A stretch of DNA of 64,000 nucleotides from Actinomycetota bacterium (GCA_020052375.1 JAGVPG010000034.1:7660-71659); one strand, 5' to 3'; shown: positions 27,002 to 37,605, numbered from the stretch's first letter. Made by a program: numbers and translations. Notes: generated by a model from the letters alone, not told the origin.

Positions 27002-27194
27002 CCGCCGACCTTCAGGTCGGCTCCCTAAAAGTGATGACTTTCAATAATATTTTCTCCCCCTTCAAGGGGGAGAATCAAAGAGGGGGTGGCAAATCCCCAT
27101 AACCACTAATAACCGCTTGCGAATAGCAAATTGCCTTGTATTCTGACCTGCCAAGTGTTACAGAACTGATAATTCAAGAAGTGACCTTGTTACT

Positions 27195-28988
27195 CTAGCG
27201 AAGTCTACCCGATGTCCATTCCCACAACCAGAGAACTCTCCTTGTGATGCTCCATTGAGTTTTGATCAATGTTCTAATATGGCTCATTAGTGATCCCTTA
27301 CCAATAGTGTTCAAAAGAACAGACGCTTTTAGCATCCCAGGTCTATCTTGAATTGTTTTAGATCTTAAGAACAACAACTCGATCTCGCTGTCACTTACAT
27401 GTTTTCCCGTATCCAGTCTTTTCTTAATGTCCCATCTTGAAAAGTTGATTAGACCGAGAATACTGTCGGTTTCAGCAAATGAGGACGTTAATGCAGAAGA
27501 ATCTAAAATAATTACTTCAGGTAGTTCAAAATACTTATCTATACCAGTAAGTTCTTGATAGACTCTTGTGATTTGTGCCCTCGCATGAGGATTAACAATA
27601 ACGCGGTCACTAAGATCAGACAGCTTTTGAAAGGCAAAAGTTTCTCGCCCAAAGCTAGCAATTCTGTTATATAGTGTAAATTTTCTAAGATCTCGACGAT
27701 AATGAAGAAAATCAATCAATGCTTGAACGCAGAAATCTAGATATGATGTATCTTTGCAGGTAGCAAGATTCAAGTTATCTATTTGCTTAAGGGTTTTTCT
27801 AAAATACCACCCAGCTCTAGTTATTCTAAAACCGAGCCAGTAATTACCTGCAATTCGATAGTTTCTGAGTAAAGCCATCTTTGGATTTGCGACCAGCGTC
27901 TTTTTCGAGTAGCCTAACGCTTTTTTATATTTACCCAAGTGGCTATAGCCATGATCAAGTAACTCATTTATCAGTAACTTGAAGTCTTGACTATTTGAAG
28001 AATTAAGAAAAGAGTTTGCAGTTTTTTCAAGCCTAATAACCTCATCGCCAATTCCCATTGACGAAAACATTTTCATTGTAGAAATGGTTTTTTGAGAATC
28101 GTGAATGTGAGGACATAGGATGCTCCACTTGTGTTTTTGACTTGGGATGTTCTTCTTGAAGTCAAAAGACCATTTATTTGCAAGATGTTCAAGAAAAGAA
28201 CCATCACTATGTATTTCGTCAACCCAAACATGGACTTTTGCATTACAATTTTGCAGTCCTCTTGTAATCGCGGAAGATATTGAGCTGTTACGACTGTGTT
28301 TCACCCAGATTACTGACAGGTGCTTTAAGTCCATTGTTAGATCTTGAAAAAAAGGATTTACATCAAAGTAGTCGCTACCACTATAGCCAAGAAAGACAAG
28401 AAACCTTACGTTCTTAAGTATTTTCTTAATTCTATCCATGCTTTCTTCTGGTAATCCTTTAGCAACATTGTTTATGGTTATTCCAAGACGAAGTAAAGAC
28501 CTTTGGTCATCCGAGTATTTACCATGGTAGTGGAATAGGTTTGTTGGTTCCGTAGTTATTTTACTTAGACTGAGAGGCTGCTGGTATGCTTTCTCGATGC
28601 ATGTGTCAAAGTTTGCAGTTATGTGATAGCCATTATCAATAATGTGCTGAGCAAAAAACTGGTGATAGTGATTTGGTACCGCGTTTCCGTAACTACTAAG
28701 TGTTTTTAAAGACTCAATACCGTTTACTGAAACGACGCTATTAAGGATAATCTCCAAGCGTGGATATTTTTTCCGGTTCCCCTCGCTATCGACCATTTTG
28801 GCATTTGAGAACCTGTTTAAAATTGTCTCCCATGTTTCAGGAAAACAGAAGTGCTCTATTGTACTGTGGGTTAGCTCAATACCAAGCGGTAAATTAGTTG
28901 GTGCTTCCTTTGAAATTCCAGCACCTGTCCAAAAACAAACCTCTTCAGGATTTCCGATACTTTCTACTAGATCATTGATATAAGTCAC
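27195..28988 (-). CDS. SIR2-like domain protein (SIR2_2/DUF4020-type N-terminal domain + ~350-aa helical C-terminal domain)
   Basis: FWTGAGIS (Rossmann Gly motif), ITANFD (the TTNYD-type motif), HYHG and VFLGYSGSDYFD are the conserved blocks of defence-type SIR2 domains. GTG start. The gene is AT-rich. Confidence 0.7.
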   Translation of the reverse strand: MTYINDLVESIGNPEEVCFWTGAGISKEAPTNLPLGIELTHSTIEHFCFPETWETILNRFSNAKMVDSEGNRKKYPRLEIILNSVVSVNGIESLKTLSSYGNAVPNHYHQFFAQHIIDNGYHITANFDTCIEKAYQQPLSLSKITTEPTNLFHYHGKYSDDQRSLLRLGITINNVAKGLPEESMDRIKKILKNVRFLVFLGYSGSDYFDVNPFFQDLTMDLKHLSVIWVKHSRNSSISSAITRGLQNCNAKVHVWVDEIHSDGSFLEHLANKWSFDFKKNIPSQKHKWSILCPHIHDSQKTISTMKMFSSMGIGDEVIRLEKTANSFLNSSNSQDFKLLINELLDHGYSHLGKYKKALGYSKKTLVANPKMALLRNYRIAGNYWLGFRITRAGWYFRKTLKQIDNLNLATCKDTSYLDFCVQALIDFLHYRRDLRKFTLYNRIASFGRETFAFQKLSDLSDRVIVNPHARAQITRVYQELTGIDKYFELPEVIILDSSALTSSFAETDSILGLINFSRWDIKKRLDTGKHVSDSEIELLFLRSKTIQDRPGMLKASVLLNTIGKGSLMSHIRTLIKTQWSITRRVLWLWEWTSGRLR

Positions 28989-29305
28989 ATCTCATTTCCA
29001 ATATTTCTTTACTGATTGATAAATCTACAGCTCATAGAGTCTGTAGAGTATTTACGCAGACTAGACTCACTATACTATGAAAATGTGATGAGGATTAGTT
29101 TGAAAGGCAACATAAAGGTCCCAGGAAAGGTTCTTTAAGATCGCCAAGGCATAGACAGCTGCTCATAACTAACTGTTAGGAGCAGCTTTTTCATTTATAA
29201 TCCCTTCATATGCTGTTCAAATCCACCCTTCCCATATACGTCATCATAAATTATTGGTATAGTCGAGAAAATAAAGATTTGTAAGAGCGTCTGCTATTTC
29301 TATTA

Positions 29306-32300
29306 ATGAGGTGGCACATCGTGGTAAAACCAAAAAATACTATTGGCAAAATTGCAGGACTTAATACCAACAATGAGAAAATAGCAAATGATGATCAGAT
29401 AGCCAAATTTGTACAAGAATACGGTGAAAGTATACGAGTTCAGGATCCAAAAGAAGCTTTTGTAGATCCACAGATTAAGAACCTAAGCCTTCAATTGGCA
29501 AATTCTATTAGCGAATCATCACAAGGAACAATCTTAGATATAGGTTGTGGTAAAGGTATTATTCTCCAACGACTAGCAGATATCGATGAATTCAAGACTC
29601 GAGAATGGTTCTATATTGGTGTCGACTATCCAGAAAAAACACAAGAAGTTTTAAGACTTGCTGCCGAGCTAGAAGTACATCGAAGAGTAGATGTGATTGC
29701 GCCAGATATCTTATATGCTGATTGGATCTCTTCAGAGGAAACAGAAAATCCGATTCTTGTTATTATTCGTAACGTTTTTCATGAACTAAATATTGAAGAG
29801 ACAGCAAAATGTATTTATACCCTAAGAACGAGACTTTCAAAAAAAGATACTATTTTGATTCAAGACCTACTTGTTTTTCCAATAGTGGAACGAGGTAATG
29901 TTTGCTGGGATGTTAATGCTTTTAAACAGATGCTGATCTCTTGTGGATTTAAGTGCACGATGGTCACTGAGCCAACCACTAGAGGAAATGGATGGTTTTC
30001 CGCATATGTAAAAGTTTCGAATCATTCTCGAATCAGTCTAAGTAATATCCACGCCGAGGTTCTTAATGCAAGACTTGCCCAGTTTAAGCGTTGGCAAGAC
30101 CTTGATACACTAATAGCAGGCAAGACAAAACCGAGGCTTGCACCAATTGCCCGTATCGACTTAGACCTCCAGCGAGCTTCTCTCCAAGCGCAACTAAACG
30201 AGGCAGGTGCATCCGGTGTTTTACCGCTTGATAAAAAAGATCAGGCACGCGTATTTTATCAAACATTTTCGAGCATTTTAGAAAACTTTAATGTCGAGAA
30301 CCTGTTAGGTAGAAAATCCGAACTGAATCTTTCCCCATATTTCCGTGATAGAGCACGACATCAAGATAGCCTCGAGCAGTTCTTATTAGACGATACAAAT
30401 ATTGCGATAATTCAAGGTCATGCTTTGATGGGAAAAAGTGTTCTAACTGCAGAAGTCCTAGCACGAAGGGCACATCGTCGTCAACCAATGATCATCGATG
30501 TCCAAGATACTTCAAGCGTTTGGAGCCTAATCGAAAGGTATTTAGGTGCTCTTGGATGCAACATATCATATGAGATCTTGTCTAAGCTAAAGAGTGCACG
30601 TTTATACGACGCAGTAGATCCACTGTCAGCACTTGTTTATAGAACTGCTTGTCACTCCGTCGTTGTATTTGATCATTTTGAGGCTTTACTAGATCCAGAG
30701 GGATGTCTAATTGATCCTGAGATTAAGACTTTTCTTATAATGCTAGCACGTGCTCCTAAAGCTAAAGTAATAATTACTACACGTCGACAGCCTGATTTTT
30801 GCTTCTTACCACCCGGAACAAAGATAAATGATAAACAAATGCCTGTTAGTAAACTCCCAAAGAACGAAAAGCACGTTATAAATATTTTAAATGACATTGT
30901 TGATTTAGCTTCTTTGGGTATTTCAGAGTACCCAGAAGGATTGATTACTGCTATAGGAGGACATCCATTCTTAGCCGTTACTGCAGCGCAGATAATAAAA
31001 AAAGAGGGTCCATCATCACTCGACGACAAGGAATTCCTTGAAATATTACGTTTGTTTCTCCGTGAAGAGTTGCTGAAAAGGATTGCTACAGATGAAGCAA
31101 TGGCGACAATAGATCTTGCTTCAAAAGTGAGAATACCAATACCTTTGAGAATGTTTGAAGTTCTAGCAGGTAAGCAAAGCGTCAAAGATGCAATAGAACT
31201 TGGACTTATTTACAGATCGTATGATTATTCCAGGGGTGATCTATTTACAGGAATTGGAATACTTCGCGACTCCATGGATGTGAATTATAGGGGATTATCG
31301 TCAGACTCAACTACAGATACGGCAGTCGACGCAAGGCTGAGACAGTTACATGAAAGAATTGCTAACTATTACGAAAAACTCTACAGACAAGATCATGATC
31401 CTCGTTGGATTCGCGAGTTGCACTATCACACCGTTGCTGCTGGTAATATGGAGAGAATTACGCAGTTCGGAATTCTCTACAAGAGCGAGCTTTTTGCAGC
31501 AGGTGAGTACTGGTTCCGCTTAAAGAAATATGACGCCGCTTTTGATATATTCAAAGCAGCAAAGGACTTAGATTTTACATCTTATAGGTTGGATATGCGC
31601 ATCGCCGCTTGTATGATGCGTATTGGTCGGATTGCGGAAGGAGAGAAACTATACGAAGAGCTTATCAAATCCCACCCCACATTCAACGGCATAAAAAGCT
31701 CATTTATTGATAGTCTGCTTTTTATTAAGAGATATTCAGACGCTTATAAAAAGTTAGAGGAATATCAATACAAAATGAGGGACAATACATATGTTGCTAA
31801 TCAATACGGTAGAGCATATTTTGGATTGCGGATGTATCGTAGAGCGATAGAAGCTTTTGACTATAAATGTAAAAATGACCCGGATGAATTTGGCTACTGG
31901 TGGCTAGCTCGCGCGTACCAATATGTTGGTGAACAAAATATGGTTGGAAGTGTTCTTGAAAAAGGTCTTATCATATTTAGTCAGAGTGAGCGTCTTAGTT
32001 TGAGCTACGCTGCGCATCTTTTACGACTTAATACAGCAAAAGATCGCAAAAAGACTATAATGCTTCTCCGCAGCCTTCATACTCTTTCACCTTTAAACGG
32101 AGGTATTCTGCAACAGCTATGTAAGGCATTATGTTTAGATGGAAATAGTTACGAGGCGAGGGGTTTAGCTGCGCAGTTCAATGACAAAATAACACCTGAA
32201 CGTTATAGAATACCAATGTGGATTGAGGTTTATATTGCTGAGGGTAAATATGAAGATGCTCTATCGCTGCTTCGTGAAATCCCAAATGACGATGAGCATT

Positions 32301-32578
32301 TAGTAGGCTTAGTTAAAAAAACATACCTCCGCTGGTCAAAATCTCGTGATAGCGATAAAGACCGGCAAGATATTGCACATCGTGGATTAGGCATACCGAT
32401 AAGTGCTGACCTTAACAACAACATTCCAATCTTAGTTTTGTCACTACGCCTTGCGCATCTCTCCAACAATGAAAAGGCTGCTAAAGACATAGCTGCTGAG
32501 ATTAAAAAAATAAACCCAGCATTTGCGCAGACTATACAGGAAGTTGAAACTCCGTACTTTGAAGATGAACCATACTAA
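29306..32578 (+). CDS. Three-domain protein: class I SAM-dependent methyltransferase (N) + STAND/NB-ARC NTPase (middle) + TPR repeats (C)
   Basis: ILDIGCGKGIIL is MTase motif I. GHALMGKS is Walker A, VVVFDHFE is Walker B, KVIITTRRQ is the hhhTTR motif and GGHPFLAVTAA is GxP-like. The C-terminal ~400 aa holds repeated Tyr/Ala-rich TPR-like helices. It is AT-rich and divergent from the SIR2 gene. Confidence 0.65.
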   Translation: MRWHIVVKPKNTIGKIAGLNTNNEKIANDDQIAKFVQEYGESIRVQDPKEAFVDPQIKNLSLQLANSISESSQGTILDIGCGKGIILQRLADIDEFKTREWFYIGVDYPEKTQEVLRLAAELEVHRRVDVIAPDILYADWISSEETENPILVIIRNVFHELNIEETAKCIYTLRTRLSKKDTILIQDLLVFPIVERGNVCWDVNAFKQMLISCGFKCTMVTEPTTRGNGWFSAYVKVSNHSRISLSNIHAEVLNARLAQFKRWQDLDTLIAGKTKPRLAPIARIDLDLQRASLQAQLNEAGASGVLPLDKKDQARVFYQTFSSILENFNVENLLGRKSELNLSPYFRDRARHQDSLEQFLLDDTNIAIIQGHALMGKSVLTAEVLARRAHRRQPMIIDVQDTSSVWSLIERYLGALGCNISYEILSKLKSARLYDAVDPLSALVYRTACHSVVVFDHFEALLDPEGCLIDPEIKTFLIMLARAPKAKVIITTRRQPDFCFLPPGTKINDKQMPVSKLPKNEKHVINILNDIVDLASLGISEYPEGLITAIGGHPFLAVTAAQIIKKEGPSSLDDKEFLEILRLFLREELLKRIATDEAMATIDLASKVRIPIPLRMFEVLAGKQSVKDAIELGLIYRSYDYSRGDLFTGIGILRDSMDVNYRGLSSDSTTDTAVDARLRQLHERIANYYEKLYRQDHDPRWIRELHYHTVAAGNMERITQFGILYKSELFAAGEYWFRLKKYDAAFDIFKAAKDLDFTSYRLDMRIAACMMRIGRIAEGEKLYEELIKSHPTFNGIKSSFIDSLLFIKRYSDAYKKLEEYQYKMRDNTYVANQYGRAYFGLRMYRRAIEAFDYKCKNDPDEFGYWWLARAYQYVGEQNMVGSVLEKGLIIFSQSERLSLSYAAHLLRLNTAKDRKKTIMLLRSLHTLSPLNGGILQQLCKALCLDGNSYEARGLAAQFNDKITPERYRIPMWIEVYIAEGKYEDALSLLREIPNDDEHLVGLVKKTYLRWSKSRDSDKDRQDIAHRGLGIPISADLNNNIPILVLSLRLAHLSNNEKAAKDIAAEIKKINPAFAQTIQEVETPYFEDEPY

Positions 32579-32775
32579 AGACCAAATACTTCTCATGCCC
32601 CTATTTGCGAAGTTCTGCACTCAAAATCTCAATATCAGCATCAGTAAGATTGTCTACGAAGCATTCAAGTCTTACGTCTGATACTCTGCAAATCATATCG
32701 TCGTCGAGGACTCTAGAAATAAAATTTCTCCGGTTTTGAATGGATTGGTTTTGGGGTGAATGTCTCCCGTATATA

Positions 32776-34230
32776 TTAGTTATCGCTCGAGCAGTCGATT
32801 ATTGATACTGGACTTGGAATCTTGCCCATGAACCAGATGTCATCAGGAAACACATAAGCCTTACAGCCAATATTGAGCTCATCAGTCCAGTGAAATTTCT
32901 GGTTATTAATAAAATTACTGTCCAAGTTTATCTTACCGTCAGAAGACCGAAACCATGCTTGCCAGACTAGTGATGAACAATAGAGTGTCCTACTCGTATT
33001 TTTATTCAACGCTTGCCTAACAGCTATTCTATCCGTCAGAATCTGTTCAATTGTCAGTAGTGGGAAGTCTTTGTACTCAGAGAAAGGATATGGGCTAGAC
33101 ATCAGATTATTATATGCATAACCAACAGATTTTCCCCTAGCTTCATCAGTTGTATTAACGCGAAGCAGAGCCCATTCTTCTTCTAAACCTCTGTTTTGAA
33201 GAGATCTCATAACAGGATTACCATTTCTATAGTCTGCTTCTATAATGTAATGAAGCCCATCGATCTCGCCGAAATATAAGGCACAGTGAGTCCAATAGAC
33301 ATCTGCCAGTAAATGCAGGAGACTAACGATAGTTTTATCTCCTCCTCTCATTATGAGGATATCTCCTTTTTTCAGCTGAGAGTAAGGCCACTCATTTTGC
33401 CTATACATGCCAAAATCTACTCGATAATCACCGGATTCGCTCGATATACTAACAGGTTGAGTTTGCGGGGTACTTGATTTCCAGCCAGAGTTTTGCACTA
33501 TACTGATCGAATAAGAGCCCTCAGTAACATTTGTGAATTCGAAATAACCGTTTGCATCTGTACAAGTTGTTTCACTGAGTGGCCCGAGGTCTTCCTGTTG
33601 CGCTAGTTCTATAGTCCAACCAGGTAAAGTCTTCTCACTAATATTTTCATCCCGTACGCCGTTTGTATTCTTATCTTCAAACACATAACCAGATACTTTG
33701 CTTTTATTAGTCCATATAATTTCTTCAAATGTGTAATGAGTCCAACCTTCATTTGCAGAAGGGACTGGGAATGCATGAGTCTCTGTCCCATCAGGTCCTT
33801 CAAGTATTAGATCGATTGAGTAGTATTCAATGTTACGGCTAAAACTCCAGAAATCAGCTGGATCTGAAAAATAGCTTAATGGTGGATTTAGACCGCCACT
33901 TCCGCCACCCCAACCGACACCATTTAGAAAAACCCAAGTGTATATGCCTTTATTGGTTGAAACTGCCCAAGAGGCTTTAATGTCTTTACCCAAAGCACTT
34001 GTTCGTCTCTTGATTCCGTAGTCTATGTTACGTAGCGAATAATTAGAGTAAACGTCTGCTCTTTGTTGGACCTCAACATAATCAAGATAGAAGCTACTGC
34101 GGGGCTCCTCCGCGGCTCTAACCTTAGAGCTCTGTCCGTTTATGCATAGAAGTATAGTGCATAAAAAAACTAAGAGACCCGCTAATCTAATTGTTTTCAA
34201 CGTCAGCGAAACCACCTCGCAAATTATCAA
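32776..34230 (-). CDS. Secreted protein with an SdrD B-like domain and a C-terminal putative permuted papain-fold (YiiX/DUF830-like) cysteine peptidase domain
   Basis: N-terminal TM or signal. GYVFEDKNTNGVRDE...GWTIEL...TDANGYFEF...GSYSI is the SdrD-B pattern. WTHCALYFGE and LYCSSLVWQAW resemble the YiiX H/C motifs. Confidence 0.45.
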   Translation of the reverse strand: MIICEVVSLTLKTIRLAGLLVFLCTILLCINGQSSKVRAAEEPRSSFYLDYVEVQQRADVYSNYSLRNIDYGIKRRTSALGKDIKASWAVSTNKGIYTWVFLNGVGWGGGSGGLNPPLSYFSDPADFWSFSRNIEYYSIDLILEGPDGTETHAFPVPSANEGWTHYTFEEIIWTNKSKVSGYVFEDKNTNGVRDENISEKTLPGWTIELAQQEDLGPLSETTCTDANGYFEFTNVTEGSYSISIVQNSGWKSSTPQTQPVSISSESGDYRVDFGMYRQNEWPYSQLKKGDILIMRGGDKTIVSLLHLLADVYWTHCALYFGEIDGLHYIIEADYRNGNPVMRSLQNRGLEEEWALLRVNTTDEARGKSVGYAYNNLMSSPYPFSEYKDFPLLTIEQILTDRIAVRQALNKNTSRTLYCSSLVWQAWFRSSDGKINLDSNFINNQKFHWTDELNIGCKAYVFPDDIWFMGKIPSPVSIIDCSSDN

Positions 34231-34560
34231 TGCGGATTTTTATCTGTATGCAAGCGTACTAGTCAATGCTCAAAATATCATAAAGGTCTGCAACTGTAAA
34301 TTGTAAGGATATAACGCAACTGACAAGAATCAATCTACATAGATGTTATCTGTATAATTATACTGCCAGTTAAGATAAACCATTGACGACACCGTATAGG
34401 AAACGCGGTTGACAGCCTCTCTATGTAATGATTCAATGAGGCAAAATAGGAAAACAGCACATTGTGAAAAGTATAGCAATAATATATGAGAATAAAGCAT
34501 TAAACAAATAATAATTTAAAGAATAACTTTCAAATGTATGACTGACAAGGGGGTTGGGAC

Positions 34561-37554
34561 ATGAAAAACAATAAACACGCTTTCCAATGTGCCGGAGGTC
34601 GAATACTCATACTAACCATATTTATGGTTACCTTGTTTCTGCTTCTTACCAGCTCTGTTCAAGCAACTATGGAATTAGTTAGACCTGTCGGGGGATTTCT
34701 AGGATCCTATTATTCGAAGAATCCGAATGTTCAATATGGACCACCTGGTCACAATTGGAATGATTGGGTAGTTGATCCAAATGGAAATGATTATTGGTGG
34801 CAACCAGTTATTAATGCTAACACACCTGTCTTGGCTTTTAATTGGGGGGCACAAGGTTGGATACCGATATATCCTATGGGTGCCTGGTGGAATGGTACGT
34901 TGAGAATACAAAGTACTGGTTACTATGTCTTCAGTTGTGAGAACGATGATGGTCTTTGGGTTTGGCTAGATAGACAGACAAGGCAAAACCCAATCATTGC
35001 TAATCGGATTGGGGTTGCTTATAGTCAACCAATTTTTTTAACTGCTGGCGATCATTCAATCGAGGTAAAGTATTTTGAAGATTTTGAATGGACGGCTCCG
35101 ATTGGTGCCTCAGTGCTCTTTTTAAGTATGGAGGATAGGAACTGTGATTTGTCCGTAGTAAAAAGTGATACATTTGATATCTACAACTATGATCCAAGAC
35201 TACCTGGTCAAGAAATAGTCTATAAAACTGTTGTGACAAACAAGGGTGCGTATACAGCCAGAAATATTTCCCTAACTGATACACCTCCTCTCGCTCTTGA
35301 TAATATTCAATATTCTTATAGTCCACAAGGACCTTGGTTGAACTGGTCGAGTCCATACACGCTGGGCTTGGGTGATCTTCTTCCTACCGAATCTCGTTCA
35401 ATATATATCAAGGGCCGAGTACAAGATGGAACTCGACCCGATACAATCACTAACTCAGTGTCTGTAACAAATTCCGTTTATGACATTGATATGTCTAATA
35501 ACACAGACACTGAAGACACTACAATTATCGGTTACAAAATTAATATCACACCCGAGGACTCTACAAACAAAGTAGGAGACGAACATAAATTTACCGTTCG
35601 CTTGGAGAAAAATGAAGGATTTGGATGGTCGCCAGCACCGGGTGAAAGTGTCGATCTTAGCTGGTCCGGTGTTGGAAACATCATATCCCCTTCCTCACCA
35701 GCTATAACTGACGCGGAGGGTATGATCGAGGTCACCGTACAAAGCAACCTCCCCGGAATGGGTACGCTTATTACTAACTTTTCTAAACAAACTGACGGAG
35801 CGACTATTAATGAACAAGAATCAGCAGATAAGACATGGATTGATTATAATATTTCCGTTACACCAGCTGCCTCAACAAACACAGTCGGTGATGATCATAT
35901 CTTCACAATTAAGCTCTTAAAAGATGAAGGATCCGGCTGGATAGATGCTGCGGGTGAAAGTGTCGATTTTAACTGGACCGGGGTCGGAAATATCATCTTG
36001 TATCCCTCACCAATGACGACAGATGCATCTGGTGAGTTCCAAGTAATTGTTCATAGTGATACTGCTGGCTCAGGTACTCTTTCAGCTAAGTTCCAGAGAC
36101 TAACAGATTCTTCCATGATTGATATATCCGACTCCGGAGAGAAGACATGGATTGGTGGTACTGTGTCCGGATATAAATTCAATGACTTGAACGGTAACGG
36201 TATATGGGAGCCAGGACTTGGTGAGAAAGGTCTGCCTAATTGGACAATTCTCCTAACAAAGGATGGCGATATCAACGAAGGACCTGTTTGGTCAACAGTA
36301 ACTGATGCTGATGGGTACTACGAGTTCCAATCGGTCGGTCTAGGTGACTACAAAATCTACGAGATCATGCAGGATTACTGGAACAATACAACTCCAAAAC
36401 TGAAAGATATCACGATAAGCAAAGAAAACCTTGACGCCAGAGTTGACTTCGGCAATCAACACTATGAACTAGCTAGTATTTCTGGTTCAAAATATGATGA
36501 CTCTAATGGGGATGGTGTATTTAATGTACCACTGGAATTGGGTATTTCCGACTGGCACTCAATTGTTCTAAAGGATTCACTGGGAAATACTATCCAAACT
36601 ACTCAGACTGATCAAAGCGGAAACTACAACTTCAAGAACTTAAATCCGGGAATGTACATTGTAGACGAAGACCCATCAACAGAATCTGCAGTAATCAACC
36701 CTATAGATCCGGGTAACTTGCTGAAATCAGGGTGGTCTAAGACAACACAAACTTTTCAAGTCACTGTTGACTACAACAATAAGGTTGAAAATCTCAACAT
36801 TGGCAATCTTTGGTATGGATGGATTTGGGGACGTGCAACCGATGAGTTTAGTGGTCAGCCTCTATCAGGATTCACCATTACTGTCTTGGAGACCGGCCAA
36901 ACAGCCAAAACTGACAGTAACGGATACTACACTTTCCCAGAGCTATATCCAAACTGGACTCAGCAGTATCCGGGTGAAACTTACACCGTCGAGATTTCAC
37001 TACCAACCGGTTATTCAACACATGACTCGGTGACAAAATTTGCTACAGTCAATGAGCGAGCAGGAACAAGGGTTGACTTTAATGCATATAGAACAGACTG
37101 GGGCAATAATAAAACACCGAGGACAATAGGTTACTGGAAGAATTGGGCAAACCACTATACAAGCACGCAAATGGAAAGTTATATAAGTCTAGTTAAGCAG
37201 GCCAGTGGCTTGTTTACAGATCTAACAGTTGCCAATATATCAACCACATACTTAACGATCACCAAGAATTCTACAATGCAAGATAAAGCACGGGCTCAAT
37301 TATTAGCGTCTTGGTTAAATGTGGTATCTGCTAATTTGGGAGTTGACGTTGTTGTAAACGTTAGTTCTATTGACGGATGGGAGCTTCTGATAAAAAGCGC
37401 CGATACTAGTGGTCAAGTAACAGTGTTTAGCTTGCTAACTGAGGTAGACAGTTACTTTAAAGGAGCAGCAAATGGAACGATATCTTTAACAAAACAATCC
37501 TGGGAGGTTATAAAAGATATACTGGACAAGCTGAACAATGGGCAGTTGTTTTAG
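34561..37554 (+). CDS. Large secreted surface/adhesin-like protein (997 aa): PA14-like N-terminal domain, DUF11-like domain, Ig-like repeats, SdrD B-like domains
   Basis: Signal peptide present. GSYYSKNPNVQYGPPGH...STGYYVFSCENDDGLWVWLD is PA14-like. LTDTPPLALDNIQYSY is DUF11-like. GYKFNDLNGNGIWEPGLGEKGLPNWTILL...TDADGYYEF...GDYKIYE is SdrD-B. Repeated ...TPxxSTNxVGDxHxFT... blocks are present. Confidence 0.55.
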   Translation: MKNNKHAFQCAGGRILILTIFMVTLFLLLTSSVQATMELVRPVGGFLGSYYSKNPNVQYGPPGHNWNDWVVDPNGNDYWWQPVINANTPVLAFNWGAQGWIPIYPMGAWWNGTLRIQSTGYYVFSCENDDGLWVWLDRQTRQNPIIANRIGVAYSQPIFLTAGDHSIEVKYFEDFEWTAPIGASVLFLSMEDRNCDLSVVKSDTFDIYNYDPRLPGQEIVYKTVVTNKGAYTARNISLTDTPPLALDNIQYSYSPQGPWLNWSSPYTLGLGDLLPTESRSIYIKGRVQDGTRPDTITNSVSVTNSVYDIDMSNNTDTEDTTIIGYKINITPEDSTNKVGDEHKFTVRLEKNEGFGWSPAPGESVDLSWSGVGNIISPSSPAITDAEGMIEVTVQSNLPGMGTLITNFSKQTDGATINEQESADKTWIDYNISVTPAASTNTVGDDHIFTIKLLKDEGSGWIDAAGESVDFNWTGVGNIILYPSPMTTDASGEFQVIVHSDTAGSGTLSAKFQRLTDSSMIDISDSGEKTWIGGTVSGYKFNDLNGNGIWEPGLGEKGLPNWTILLTKDGDINEGPVWSTVTDADGYYEFQSVGLGDYKIYEIMQDYWNNTTPKLKDITISKENLDARVDFGNQHYELASISGSKYDDSNGDGVFNVPLELGISDWHSIVLKDSLGNTIQTTQTDQSGNYNFKNLNPGMYIVDEDPSTESAVINPIDPGNLLKSGWSKTTQTFQVTVDYNNKVENLNIGNLWYGWIWGRATDEFSGQPLSGFTITVLETGQTAKTDSNGYYTFPELYPNWTQQYPGETYTVEISLPTGYSTHDSVTKFATVNERAGTRVDFNAYRTDWGNNKTPRTIGYWKNWANHYTSTQMESYISLVKQASGLFTDLTVANISTTYLTITKNSTMQDKARAQLLASWLNVVSANLGVDVVVNVSSIDGWELLIKSADTSGQVTVFSLLTEVDSYFKGAANGTISLTKQSWEVIKDILDKLNNGQLF

Positions 37555-37605
37555 AATCAAGTGATTATAGAAAACACATAGTTTAACAATCAGTGGGGGC
37601 GACTA

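Noticed and set aside
24288-27095. Possible CRISPR array because of repeated ~25-55-bp units (family B/A composite) recurring three times
   Set aside because: The spacing is irregular (about 2.26 kb and 0.45 kb). The units sit at gene 3' ends and contain coding-sequence duplicates. There is no cas gene nearby and no uniform repeat-spacer periodicity.
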